Assembly: GCA_963775425.1 (NCBI GenBank)
Contig: CAVZJB010000016.1
Span: 960,001 to 1,024,000, forward strand
DNA length: 64,000 bases
Origin: an uncultured delta proteobacterium
GTDB lineage: Bacteria; Myxococcota; UBA727; VGSZ01
Direction: 5' to 3'
The position numbers and the translations under genes were made by a program. Numbering within the stretch: position 1 is the stretch's first letter; every line of letters begins with the position of its first letter. Below the pieces are notes generated by a model, which made no database searches, had not been told where the DNA came from, and saw nothing but the letters and a program-made list of their open reading frames with translations. This document shows positions 15,815 to 25,476 of this stretch, piece by piece.

Positions 15815-17380
15815 ATGCTTCAGGTCTTCCGCAACAACGCCAACAACTGGTTCATGGTGTTGATCTTCGCGCTCATCACCTTCGTCTTCGTCTTCACGTT
15901 CGGATCGTGGGGCGGAGGCAACGTGTCGGGCTCCATCCCCATCGCAGCCACGGTGAACGGGAGCGTCATCTCCAAGTCGATGTTCCACGTGCAGTACAGC
16001 CAGGCGTTCCAGACCATGCAGGCGTACCGCCCGGGCTTCACCTCGGAGAAGGCGCGCGAAGAGCACCTGGACGACACCGTGCTCGACCGCCTCATCACGC
16101 GGGAGCTGTTGGCGCAGGCGGCGGAGAACCGCGGCATCGTCGTCAGCGACGACGAGGTGGCCAAGGTCATCCAGGCGAAGTTCTTCCCCAACAAGGACTT
16201 CAACCCCGAGGAGTACAAGCGCATCGTCAACGGCATCTACAACAGCACGGAGACGCGCTTCGAAGACCAGGTCCGGCGCGACATCCTCGCGGCGCGCATG
16301 GAGAACATCCTCGGGGACTCGCAGCACGTGTCGGAGAGCGAGATCAAGGAGCAGTTCGAGAGCAAGAACAACCGCGCCGACATCGAGATCCTCAAGATCG
16401 ACCCCCTCTTCTACAAGGGAGCGGCCAAGGCCCCCACCGACGCCGAGGCCGCGGCGTGGGCGGCCGCGCACCACGACGAGGTCCAGAAGTTCTACGACGA
16501 GCACATGAACCGCTATCACCAGCCCAAGAAGGTGAACGCGCGGCACATCCTCGTGAAGGTCGCCGAGGACGCCTCCGACGACGACAAGAAGAAGGCGCAC
16601 GACAAGATTGAAGCCGCCAAGAAGCGCGTCGACGCCGGTGAGGACTTCGCCAAGGTGGCCACGGAGGTGAGCGAGGACAGCTCGGCCAAGCAGGGCGGCT
16701 CGCTCGGCTTCTTCGGCCCCGGCGCCATGGTCAAGCCGTTCGAGGACGCCGCGTTCGCGCTCAAGAAGGGCGAGGTCTCGGACATCGTCGAGACGCGCTT
16801 CGGCTACCACATCATCAAGGTCGAGGACATCCAGGAGCCCGTCACCAAGGAGCTCAAGGACGTCGAGGGCGAGATCGCCAAGCAGCTCATGAAGGACGAG
16901 GCCCAGATGGCGGAGGCGAGGAAGGTCGCGGACGCGGCCCTCGCCGACATCAAGAAGGGCACGCCCTTCGACGAGGTCAAGGTCCCCGGCCTCATCAACA
17001 TGAACAGCGACACGCCGCCCCCCGCGCCCAAGGACGGCGACGCCTACGCGCCGCGCCTCGACAGCACCGGCTTCTTCGCGCAGGGCGCGCGCGTGGTGCC
17101 CAAGGTCGGCGTGGCGCCGGAGATCGTGAAGATCGCGTTCTCGCTCACCAAGGACAAGCCCCTGTACGACAAGGTCGTCGAGGTGAACAAGCGCCTGTTC
17201 CTCGTGAAGCTCAAGGACCGTGAGATCCCCGACGACGCGAAGCTCGCCACCGAGCGCGACACCATCGAGCAGCAGCTCCTCACGGGGCGCCGCGCCGCCG
17301 TCGTCGAGCAGTTCACCAAGACGCTGCGCGACCGCGCCAAGATCACCAAGAGCGAGCACGTCCTCGACGAGCGCGGCTGA
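15815..17380 (+). CDS. ppiD: PpiD/SurA-type parvulin peptidyl-prolyl isomerase
   Basis: N-terminal TM, SurA_N region, ARHILVK, GGSLGFF..MVKPFEDAAF, FGYHIIKV. Confidence 0.9.
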   Translation: MLQVFRNNANNWFMVLIFALITFVFVFTFGSWGGGNVSGSIPIAATVNGSVISKSMFHVQYSQAFQTMQAYRPGFTSEKAREEHLDDTVLDRLITRELLAQAAENRGIVVSDDEVAKVIQAKFFPNKDFNPEEYKRIVNGIYNSTETRFEDQVRRDILAARMENILGDSQHVSESEIKEQFESKNNRADIEILKIDPLFYKGAAKAPTDAEAAAWAAAHHDEVQKFYDEHMNRYHQPKKVNARHILVKVAEDASDDDKKKAHDKIEAAKKRVDAGEDFAKVATEVSEDSSAKQGGSLGFFGPGAMVKPFEDAAFALKKGEVSDIVETRFGYHIIKVEDIQEPVTKELKDVEGEIAKQLMKDEAQMAEARKVADAALADIKKGTPFDEVKVPGLINMNSDTPPPAPKDGDAYAPRLDSTGFFAQGARVVPKVGVAPEIVKIAFSLTKDKPLYDKVVEVNKRLFLVKLKDREIPDDAKLATERDTIEQQLLTGRRAAVVEQFTKTLRDRAKITKSEHVLDERG

Positions 17381-17955
17381 TGCTTCGGCCCGCTCCCGGT
17401 GGTGCGGCGGCGTGTCCGCCGCTCATCGCGCTCGCGGCCGTCTGCGCGCTCGGCGCCTGCGACGAGGACGCCGCCAGGTTCGGCGCACCTTGCCGTGGCG
17501 ACCGCGACTGCAACGCGGCCTCCTACTGTGTGGCCGGCTGCGGTGAGCAGGCCGCCCGCTGCGTCCCCTACGGCGCCGACGAAGACCGCGCCAGCTACCG
17601 CCCCGTCGAGTGTTGCGCCGGCGCGCTCTACTACACGGGCATGGTGAGCGACGCCTACAAGGCCCGCCTCAAGGACGCCGTCGCGAGCCCCGTGGTGCGC
17701 GACGCCGCGCGCCGCTTCCCGCAGCCGCTCGTCTCCGCCGTCGCCGCCGATCAGGCGCAACAATGCCTGGTGTGCGACGGCCGGCTGAGCGTCGCCCCCA
17801 TGGGCGCCCGCTGCGCGCCGCCCGCCGCGCTCGCCCCGCTCGACGCCGGCGTCGTCGACGTCGTCGACGGCGGCGCGGCCGGGATCGACGGCGGCGCCGG
17901 CGCGCCCGCGCCCGCGGCCACGGCGGTCATAGAAGCGGACGGAGGGGTGCTGTGA
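17380..17955 (+). CDS. Cys-rich hypothetical lipoprotein
   Basis: TGATG coupling to ppiD; lipobox LGAC; CRGDRDC module. Confidence 0.6.
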   Translation: MLRPAPGGAAACPPLIALAAVCALGACDEDAARFGAPCRGDRDCNAASYCVAGCGEQAARCVPYGADEDRASYRPVECCAGALYYTGMVSDAYKARLKDAVASPVVRDAARRFPQPLVSAVAADQAQQCLVCDGRLSVAPMGARCAPPAALAPLDAGVVDVVDGGAAGIDGGAGAPAPAATAVIEADGGVL

Positions 17956-18212
17956 GCCTGCGCGAAACCATCGAGAGCAAGCTGCGCGCGGCGCTCGCGC
18001 CCACGTCCCTCGAGATCCAGGACGACTCCCATGAGCACGCCGGCCACGGCGCGTCCGGCGCCCACGTTCGCGTCGTCATCACCAGCGCGGCGTTCGCGGG
18101 CAAGAACGCCCTGCAACGCCACCGCCTGGTGAACGACGCGCTCAAGGCCGAGCTCGGCTCGGGTGCGGTGCACGCGCTCCAGATCAGCGCGAAGGCGCCC
18201 GGCGAGGGATGA
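17952..18212 (+). CDS. bolA: BolA family protein
   Basis: DDSHEHAGH, SAAFAG, QRHRLV, VHALQI. Confidence 0.93.
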   Translation: MSLRETIESKLRAALAPTSLEIQDDSHEHAGHGASGAHVRVVITSAAFAGKNALQRHRLVNDALKAELGSGAVHALQISAKAPGEG

Positions 18213-19231
18213 CCGTCGAGCGCGCGGCCATCACCGGCGCCTCCGGGCTCGTCGGCGGCAACCTCGCGGCGCTCCTCCTCGAGGAAGGCGTCCGCGTCCG
18301 CGCCACGCGCCGGGCCACGAGCAAGACCGCGCACCTCGACGACCTCGACATCGAGTGGGTCGAGGCGTCGCTCGAGGACCAAGACGGCCTCGCGCGCGCG
18401 TTCGACGACGCCGACGTCGTCTTTCACTGCGCGGCCGTGCCGACGCAGACCAGGAACAGCGACGGCCTGCACCGCCGCGCCAACGTCGACGGCACCGTTC
18501 ACGTCGTCGACGCCGTGAAGCGCGCCGGCGCAGGCCGCCTCGTCCACTGCTCGAGCGTGGTGACCTGCGCCATCGCCGCCCCGGGTGGCCCCGACGTCGG
18601 CGAGGACGCCCCGTGGAACTTCGCGGAGCACGGGCTCGCCGAGGCGTACTCCGAGAGCAAGCGCGAGGCGGAGTCCTTCGTGCGCGGGGCCACGTCGCCG
18701 GCGGCCGGTGGCGTCGACGCGGTCATCGTCAACCCCGGCACCATGTTCGGCCCCCGAGACGCCAAGCCCTCCACCGGCAGGCTCATCCTCGCCGTCGCCG
18801 AGGGCCGGGTGCTCGCCGCGCCTTCCGGGACCAGCAACTTCGTCGACGTGCGCGACGTGTGCCGCGGCATGATCGCGGCGTGGCGCAAGGGAAAGACCGG
18901 GGAGCGCTACATCCTCGGCGGCGTCAACCTCTCCTACATCGAGGCCTTCGGCGTCATCGCCCGCGCGCTCGGGAACAAGCCGCCCCGGTTCGTCCTGCCC
19001 GACGGCCTGCTGGGCCTCGCGGGCAAGCTCGGCGACGTCGTGGAGCGCGTCCGGCACCGCGAGGTGGACCTCAATTCCGCGGTGACGGCGTACGCGGTGT
19101 GCAAGGGCTACCGCTTCTCCTCGGACAAGGCCGTGCGCGAGCTCGGCTACACCGTCTCGCCGCTCGAGGACGCCGTGCGCGATGAAATTGCCTGGCTGAA
19201 GGAGCACGGCATGCTCGCGGAGAAAGGGTAA
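18209..19231 (+). CDS. NAD-dependent epimerase/dehydratase (HpnA/DFR-like extended SDR)
   Basis: TGASGLVG, YSESK, VNP..FGP, FVDVRDV, GERYILGG. Confidence 0.9.
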   Translation: MTVERAAITGASGLVGGNLAALLLEEGVRVRATRRATSKTAHLDDLDIEWVEASLEDQDGLARAFDDADVVFHCAAVPTQTRNSDGLHRRANVDGTVHVVDAVKRAGAGRLVHCSSVVTCAIAAPGGPDVGEDAPWNFAEHGLAEAYSESKREAESFVRGATSPAAGGVDAVIVNPGTMFGPRDAKPSTGRLILAVAEGRVLAAPSGTSNFVDVRDVCRGMIAAWRKGKTGERYILGGVNLSYIEAFGVIARALGNKPPRFVLPDGLLGLAGKLGDVVERVRHREVDLNSAVTAYAVCKGYRFSSDKAVRELGYTVSPLEDAVRDEIAWLKEHGMLAEKG

Positions 19232-19240
19232 AACGCGTCC

Positions 19241-21793
19241 ATGGCGGAGACCCCGGCACCCGATGCGCTCTCCCCGCTCGAGCGGGGCATCGTCGACGAC
19301 GAGGTCGGCATGGCCGCGCGTGTCGCGCGCCGCATCGCCCGCTCGCTCGCGGAGCAGAGCGCGGCGGAGCGCACCGCGCCGTCCGCCGTCCGCGTGCGCC
19401 ACGACGAGGAGCTCAAGCTCCTGCGCGATCAGATCGCCGAGGCGCGCAACGAGGACGTCGCCGCGCTCCTCGCGGCCATGATCCACACCGCGGGCGTGGC
19501 GCGCATCGACACCCCCAAGGCCGCCGGCAACGTCGACCCCGAAACGCCCTACTTCGGCCACATGCGGCTCGACGAGAGCGGCCGCAGCCGCGACGTCCTC
19601 ATCGGCAAGCGCGGGATGATCGACCGCGAGGCCGGCGTCGTCATCGTCGATTGGCGCGACGCGCCGGTGAGCCGTCTGTACTACCGCTACGACGAGGGCG
19701 ACGAATACGAGGAAGAGCTCGGCGACAAGGTGCGCGAGGGAAAGGTGCTCGTGCGCCGCACCGTGAGCTTCGTGAACGGCAAGCTCACCCGTGTTCGCTG
19801 CCCGGCGGGCACCTTCGTGCGCGCGGGCGGCGACGCCTGGCGCGCGTTGCAGGCGCGGGCGATCCCGGAGCTCCGCGGCGGCCTCGGCAAGGCGGAGCGG
19901 GCGCCCGCGCCGGCGCGTCCGTCGCCGGCGGCGCGCGGGAGGCTCGGCCTCGGGGACGCGCACCTGCGCCCGGACAAGCACCTCCCGGAGATCGCGGCGT
20001 TGATCGACGCCGCGCAGTTCGACGCCATGACCCAGGCGGACAGCGGCCTCGTCATCCTGCAGGGCGGCGCGGGCAGCGGGAAGACCACGGTGGCCCTCCA
20101 CCGCGTGGCCTACCTCGCCTACGGCGACGACGACGACGGCCCCGGACGGGGGCGCGCGATCCGTCCGGCCCACACCATCGTCGTCGTCGCGCAGCCGCAG
20201 CTCGCGCGCTACGTCGAGCGCCTCCTGCCGTCCCTCGACGTCGCCGGCGTGCGGGTCTTCGCCTATCGCGACTGGGCACGCATGGCCGTCGAGAGGCTCT
20301 TCTCCACGCCCGCCGCCGCCGGGGGCGCAGGCGGCGGCGCCCGCCGCCGACGCAGGAAGGGCGCCCGCGCCGGCGACGGCGGCGGCGGGTCCGGGAGGTC
20401 GCGCGTGCTGGGCCGGCGGCTCGTCGAGGATCCCCCGCCCGACGTGAGCCGCACCAAGAAGCACCCCGGCGTCCTCGCCGCGGTGCGCGAGCAGTGGCGC
20501 CGGCGCTTCGACGCCTTCGCGCGCGCGCTCGAGGACGCCGTCCGCGACCGCCCCGGCGCCGCAGCCATCCTCGCCGCCTTCGCCGAGCCGTACGGCGCGA
20601 GCGCGGCGGCGGCCGCGCCGGGCGCAACGACGGTGCGCGTGCGCGCCTTCCTCGACGCCGTCGCCGACCTCGCCCGCGGCGGCGCGCAGCGCGTCCCGCC
20701 CGACACGCTCGAGCGCGTGCGCCGCGTGACGGACCCGTTCCTCGCCGCGGCCGACGACGTCGTCGCCGACTGGGAGGAGCTCATCACCGATCGCGATCTC
20801 CTCTCGCTCACCGGCCTCGACGAACAGACGCTCGACGCCACCCTCCGCTACACCAAGCGCCAGGTGGAGGAGCCGCCCGACGACAGCGACATCGACGAGG
20901 AGCGCAAGGCGCCCATCGACGCCGCCGGGCTCGACCCCGACGACCCGCTGCAGGCCTTCGACGAGCACGACCTGCCCCTCCTGCTGGCGATGTGGATCGA
21001 GCGCACCGGCGGCCTCGCCGCCGCCGCCGGCACCGCGGAGCTCACGTACGACCACGTCGTCGTCGACGAGGCGCAGGACCTCGCGGCGATCGAGCTCGCG
21101 CCCCTCGTCGTCGCCACCGGCGCCCGCCGCAGCGTCACGCTGGCCGGCGACGTCGTGCAGAAGGTGGTGTTCGACGCCGGCTACGACGACTGGCCCGAGC
21201 TCGAGGCCCAGCTCTCGCCCTACCTGCTCGGCCGCAACGCCCTCTCCGTCGAGCCCTTTCGCCTGTCGTACCGCTCCACGGCGGAGGTGGTGGCGTTCGC
21301 GCGCGCGGTGCTCGGCCCGCTCGCGCCCAAGGAGGCCCCGCGCGCGGTGAGGAACGGCGCGCCCATCGAGGCCTTCTCCTTCGCCGACACCGGCGAGGAG
21401 ATCGCCTTCCTCGCCGAGAGCCTGCGCTCGTTGATGGCGCGGGAGCCGCAGGCGAGCGTGGCGCTGTTGTGCCGCTACCCCGAGCGCGCGCGCTTCTACG
21501 CCAACATGCTGCAGAAGGCCGAGGTGCCGCGGCTGCGCTGTGTCCTCGGGCGCGACGACTTCACGTTCTCGCCGGGCATCGACGTCGGGCCCGTCGCGCG
21601 CATGAAGGGCCTCGAGTACGACTACGTCATCCTCGCCGAGGTCACCGAGGCGATGTACCCCGACCAGGTGGCCGCCCGGCACCTGCTGCACATCGGCGCG
21701 ACGCGGGCCGCGCACCAGCTCTGGATCACCACGTCCATCGCGTCGCCGTCCCCGCTGTTGCCGCCGGCCCTTCTCGTGGACAGCGCGCTATAA
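19241..21793 (+). CDS. HelD-like SF1 helicase/ATPase (RNA polymerase recycling family)
   Basis: PYFGHM, IVDWRDAPVSRLYY, GGAGSGKTTVALHRVAYL, VVDEAQD, SYRST, KGLEYD, TRA. Confidence 0.85.
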   Translation: MAETPAPDALSPLERGIVDDEVGMAARVARRIARSLAEQSAAERTAPSAVRVRHDEELKLLRDQIAEARNEDVAALLAAMIHTAGVARIDTPKAAGNVDPETPYFGHMRLDESGRSRDVLIGKRGMIDREAGVVIVDWRDAPVSRLYYRYDEGDEYEEELGDKVREGKVLVRRTVSFVNGKLTRVRCPAGTFVRAGGDAWRALQARAIPELRGGLGKAERAPAPARPSPAARGRLGLGDAHLRPDKHLPEIAALIDAAQFDAMTQADSGLVILQGGAGSGKTTVALHRVAYLAYGDDDDGPGRGRAIRPAHTIVVVAQPQLARYVERLLPSLDVAGVRVFAYRDWARMAVERLFSTPAAAGGAGGGARRRRRKGARAGDGGGGSGRSRVLGRRLVEDPPPDVSRTKKHPGVLAAVREQWRRRFDAFARALEDAVRDRPGAAAILAAFAEPYGASAAAAAPGATTVRVRAFLDAVADLARGGAQRVPPDTLERVRRVTDPFLAAADDVVADWEELITDRDLLSLTGLDEQTLDATLRYTKRQVEEPPDDSDIDEERKAPIDAAGLDPDDPLQAFDEHDLPLLLAMWIERTGGLAAAAGTAELTYDHVVVDEAQDLAAIELAPLVVATGARRSVTLAGDVVQKVVFDAGYDDWPELEAQLSPYLLGRNALSVEPFRLSYRSTAEVVAFARAVLGPLAPKEAPRAVRNGAPIEAFSFADTGEEIAFLAESLRSLMAREPQASVALLCRYPERARFYANMLQKAEVPRLRCVLGRDDFTFSPGIDVGPVARMKGLEYDYVILAEVTEAMYPDQVAARHLLHIGATRAAHQLWITTSIASPSPLLPPALLVDSAL

Positions 21794-21801
21794 GCGCGGG
21801 C

Positions 21802-22272
21802 ATGAACGCACACGACTTCACGCTCAAGACCATCGACGGCAAGGACAAGAAGCTCGACGCGTACGCCGGCAAGGCCATGCTCGTCGTCAACGTCGCCAGC
21901 CAGTGCGGCCTCACCCCGCAGTACGAGGGCCTCGAGGCGCTTCACAAGGAGATGGCCCAAAAGGGGCTCGCGGTGCTCGGGGTGCCCTGCAACCAGTTCG
22001 GCGCGCAGGAGCCCGGGACGGAGAAGGAGATCGCCACCTTCTGCAGCACGAGCTACGGCGTCACGTTCGACATGTTCTCCAAGGTCGACGTGAACGGCGC
22101 GGGCGCGCACCCGCTGTACAAGTGGCTGACGGCCGACGGCGACAAGCCCATCGAGTGGAACTTCGGCAAGTTCCTCATCGGCAAGGACGGCGCCGTCGTC
22201 GCCCGCTTCGACCCGAAGGTGCCCCCGACGGACCCGGCGCTGCGGCAGGCCATCGAGCGCGCCCTCGGCTGA
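21802..22272 (+). CDS. Glutathione peroxidase (Cys type)
   Basis: VNVASQCG, PCNQFGAQEPG, WNFGKFL. Confidence 0.95.
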   Translation: MNAHDFTLKTIDGKDKKLDAYAGKAMLVVNVASQCGLTPQYEGLEALHKEMAQKGLAVLGVPCNQFGAQEPGTEKEIATFCSTSYGVTFDMFSKVDVNGAGAHPLYKWLTADGDKPIEWNFGKFLIGKDGAVVARFDPKVPPTDPALRQAIERALG

Positions 22273-22311
22273 CGGGGCGCCGGCCCGCGCGCGTGCCGCG
22301 TGGCGCGCGTC

Positions 22312-23241
22312 TCAGCGAGACCCTGCGTGGGCGCTCGTGACGTAGTCCGAGAGCGCGAGGACGAGATCCTTGCCGTCGTTGTGGGCGCGGGCGAAGCGGT
22401 AGTCGGAGCGGCCGCCCTCGAAGCCGTCGACGCGCTCGAGGTCGAGCGACTCGTCGAAGGTGGCGGCGATGAGCCACGCGCCGCCCTGCGGATCGGGCTC
22501 GAACAACGCGCCCACCGGCGCCCGCTCCTCGGCGTTCACGAGGAGGTTCCTGCGCGTGCGGTTGTCGGGCTTGTGATCGAGCCGCACGACGAACACGCCC
22601 GGCGCCTCGAGCGCGCCGTGCTTCGCCGCGACGTCGCGCGCCTCCACCTCCGCCGCGCGCGCCGCCTTGGCGAGCGTGTCGATCTCGTCGTCGAGGGCCG
22701 GATCGTCCACGCCCGAGACCAGCGTCTGCGCGAGCGCAGTCATGAAGCGCATCTGGCCGGAGCGGTCGTAGCGCGCGCTGGCCTCGTCGACGGCCGCGGC
22801 GTAGCGGGCGCCGCGCTCGCTGAGCGCGTGGCCGCGGCCGGGGCTGTCGACGGCGCGCGCGTCCTCGTCGGCGCCGGCCCAGGGCTCCTTGCCGTCGCGC
22901 AGGAACTTCACGGCGGCGATGCAGCCGTCGAAGTCGCAGTGGGCGACGACGTCGTCGACCTTGCCCGCCGCCGCCACCACCTCAGGCGTGACGAGCTCGG
23001 GACACGCGTGGGCGATCTTGTTGGGCACGAGGAGGAAGCGCGGGTCGCCCTTGTAGTGGGCCCACGCCTCCTTGTGCTCGTGATGATCGATGAAGCGCAC
23101 CAGGCGATCGCCGAGCGCCTCGACGAACGGGCGCGTCTTCGACTTCCACTGCCCGCCGGCGGCGAACGCGACGTCGAGCATCACGACGCGCCCCGCGGGC
23201 ACCTTGGGCAGATGGCGCGGGTGGGTGCACCAGACGATCAC
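22312..23241 (-). CDS. DHH-family phosphoesterase-like protein with permuted motif order
   Basis: VVMLD, FIDHH, HCDFDG motifs; DHHA1-like C-terminus (FEGG). Confidence 0.75.
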   Translation of the reverse strand: MIVWCTHPRHLPKVPAGRVVMLDVAFAAGGQWKSKTRPFVEALGDRLVRFIDHHEHKEAWAHYKGDPRFLLVPNKIAHACPELVTPEVVAAAGKVDDVVAHCDFDGCIAAVKFLRDGKEPWAGADEDARAVDSPGRGHALSERGARYAAAVDEASARYDRSGQMRFMTALAQTLVSGVDDPALDDEIDTLAKAARAAEVEARDVAAKHGALEAPGVFVVRLDHKPDNRTRRNLLVNAEERAPVGALFEPDPQGGAWLIAATFDESLDLERVDGFEGGRSDYRFARAHNDGKDLVLALSDYVTSAHAGSR

Positions 23242-23296
23242 GAAGACACCCTACGAACTCTCCTCGCGCGCTCGATCGTCGACCGAAGGAAGCGCT

Positions 23297-24025
23297 TCAC
23301 TCGAGCGTGCCGCGCAGCGGCGCGAGCGCGGCGCCCACGGGGATCTCGGGCCAGCGCTCATCGACGGGGTGCAGGAACGCGAGCGCGAACGCGCCCGCGC
23401 GCGGGCGGTCGTCGTCGACGACGCGCGCCGTGCGCCGCCACCACTCGCCCTGCGCGGCGAGGGCCTCGGCGTTTTCTTCGATGTCGATGCCCGCCTGCGA
23501 CAGCAGCGTGGCGACGCGCGCGGTGGTGGACTCCTCGTCGAGGCACCACAGCTCGAAGTGCGTCCGCCCGCTCTTCCACGCGGCGTCGGCCTCGCGGTCG
23601 ATGGCGTTTTCGACGGTGCGGCGCACGCGGGCCTCCTCGAACGAGGCGACCACCGGCTCCACGGCGACGCCGGTGTCGAGGCGGGCCTCGCGCGCGGCGT
23701 CGGTGGCGGGGGGCACCGCGTCGACGCCGACGGCGCAGAACAAGCCGATGGCCTCCTCGCCGTCCTCGTCCCGGCGGCGCACCGCGTACAGGGCCGGCTG
23801 GTCGTCGCGGATGAGCACGCCCGCGCGGCGCCACTCCGCGAGCTTCAGCTTGGCCCGGCGCGCCGGTGCGTCCTTGCCGTCGCCGGGGCCAGGGGCGTCG
23901 TCGAGGAGGGCGCGCACATGGCGGGGATCGCGCGCCGCCGCGCCGGGGGCGCCCACCACGGCGCCGAGCTCCACCCGGGCGGGATCGAAGCGGAGTCCGC
24001 GGAAGGCCCTGACGGTGGCACGCAT
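23297..24025 (-). CDS. Shortened, degenerate DUF1015-like protein
   Basis: VRAFRGLRFD, WRRAGVLIRDDQPALY, GLFCAV; family HExT and DGHHR motifs absent. Confidence 0.6.
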   Translation of the reverse strand: MRATVRAFRGLRFDPARVELGAVVGAPGAAARDPRHVRALLDDAPGPGDGKDAPARRAKLKLAEWRRAGVLIRDDQPALYAVRRRDEDGEEAIGLFCAVGVDAVPPATDAAREARLDTGVAVEPVVASFEEARVRRTVENAIDREADAAWKSGRTHFELWCLDEESTTARVATLLSQAGIDIEENAEALAAQGEWWRRTARVVDDDRPRAGAFALAFLHPVDERWPEIPVGAALAPLRGTLE

Positions 24026-24051
24026 CGCGTGGTGATACCGCGAGAGAGCGC

Positions 24052-24090
24052 CCAGACGCGAACACCAGACGCGAACACCAGACGCGAACG
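24052..24090. repeat. 13-bp direct repeat x3 (ccagacgcgaaca)
   Basis: Two exact copies and one with a single mismatch, adjacent, no spacers. Confidence 0.9.
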
Positions 24091-24321
24091 ACCCGAGGGC
24101 AAACACGGACGGATGGGAGACACCTCGAGCCTTTCGGGGTGTCGTTTCAGGTATCGGTCGAGCGACGTGGGGAGTTGCTCCCGATCCGCGAAGCGGCGCG
24201 TTTTCCCGGAGGGTCGGGGGAAGCGTCGACGCAACAGACACTTACGACGACGCGACGCCGGGCACGGGACTGCGGTGAGCCAGCCGCCGAAATTGAGCGT
24301 ACGCTTGATGGAAGCCCCGCC

Positions 24322-25473
24322 ATGCTCGCCATCGTCCTCCCCCTCGCCCTTCAGGCCGTGCTCGCCGGCGCGCCGCCGGCGCGCGCCCACGTCCCCGGCG
24401 AGGTGCCCCTGAGCGGGCTGCTCGACCTCGCGCGCGAGGGCGAGGTCGCGCTTTTGCCCAAGCCCGACACGCAGCCCTTCAACGCCATCGTCATCACGCA
24501 GTCCGTCGAGCCGTGCGCCGCCGTCGCCCACGAGATGCTCGACGTCGAGAGCTGGCCCTCGCGCTGGGCCATCAAGGACGTCGAGATCCTCGAGCGGACG
24601 CCGACGAGCGTGACCTACTCGCTCCAGCTCGATCTCATGCTCGCGCCGCGCATCCCGGGGCGCATCGACCACCCCACGCCCAACAAGGTGATCTTCAACG
24701 ACGTGAAGACGGGCGCCAAGTTCATCTGGACCCTCGACGACGTCGCCGGCGGCTGCGCCATGCGCTATTCGCTCCTCGAGACGCCCGGCAAGGCCAGCGG
24801 CTGGGTGGCCGCCGTGAAGACCCTCGAGCCCTCCGTCGTCGACGCCGCCAACTTCGCCGCCGCGCTGTCGTCGGCGCGGGGCTTCGCCAAGCCCCGACCC
24901 GCTGCCAGGAGCAGCGCCGCCGGCAAGGACGCGTTCGCCGCGCTCGCCGACCACGGCACCGCCATGCGCATCCTGCGCCGCCCCGGCCCGGTGCCCGTCG
25001 TCGTCGCGCGCCGCGTGGTGGAGCGCCCCCTCGACGAGGTGCTCTGGTCCATCCGCGACAAGCACCGCTACGAGGACAAGATCGAGGTCATCTCGCGCGT
25101 GAAGGACGGCGGCCGCACCTCGCGCTACACCGTCGGCGCGTTCGGCGGCCGCGTCACCTGGGACACGTCCGTGGTGGAGAGCGGCGACGCCCACACCGAC
25201 GACGGACTCACCATCGCCGAGAGGGTCACCGGCGGCGACCTCGACGCCGGCGCCGGCGGCTGGACCTGGCTCGTGCGCCCCGTCCCCGGCGGCACCGACG
25301 TCGAGCTGCGCTGGGACCTCGACATCACCCCGGGCAGCCACGTCATGTCCACGCTGGCCGACGCAGACCCCATCGCGCGCGAGTCCATGGCCATCCACAT
25401 GTGCCTCGCGCTCATGGACGAGCTCATCGGCGGCAAGCCCCTGGGCCAGCGCACCCTCGCCCGCGTTCCCTGA
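24322..25473 (+). CDS. Exported protein with tandem SRPBCC/START-like domains
   Basis: Signal peptide; two cyclase-like repeats (LDVESWPSRW; WTWLVRPVPGGTDVELRW). Confidence 0.65.
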   Translation: MLAIVLPLALQAVLAGAPPARAHVPGEVPLSGLLDLAREGEVALLPKPDTQPFNAIVITQSVEPCAAVAHEMLDVESWPSRWAIKDVEILERTPTSVTYSLQLDLMLAPRIPGRIDHPTPNKVIFNDVKTGAKFIWTLDDVAGGCAMRYSLLETPGKASGWVAAVKTLEPSVVDAANFAAALSSARGFAKPRPAARSSAAGKDAFAALADHGTAMRILRRPGPVPVVVARRVVERPLDEVLWSIRDKHRYEDKIEVISRVKDGGRTSRYTVGAFGGRVTWDTSVVESGDAHTDDGLTIAERVTGGDLDAGAGGWTWLVRPVPGGTDVELRWDLDITPGSHVMSTLADADPIARESMAIHMCLALMDELIGGKPLGQRTLARVP

Positions 25474-25476
25474 CCG

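Noticed and set aside
17927-21715. Long antisense and alternate-frame ORFs (e.g. 17927-21715-, 41800-44649+, 50349-52883+, 37832-40567-)
   Set aside because: Shadow ORFs typical of high-GC DNA; Arg/Ala/Gly-rich with no motifs, and they overlap well-supported genes
19241-21793. Rifamycin-resistance HelR
   Set aside because: No room for, or sign of, a rifamycin-associated element upstream; only general HelD-family motifs are supportable
21802-22272. Selenocysteine glutathione peroxidase
   Set aside because: The active-site codon is TGC (Cys)
24052-24090. CRISPR interpretation of this repeat or the one at 63012-63247
   Set aside because: Units too short, no unique spacers, no cas genes
24260-24273. 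Sigma-54 promoter-like GGCACG-GGAC-TGC
   Set aside because: Spacing is one base short of GG-N10-GC for the GGCACG register
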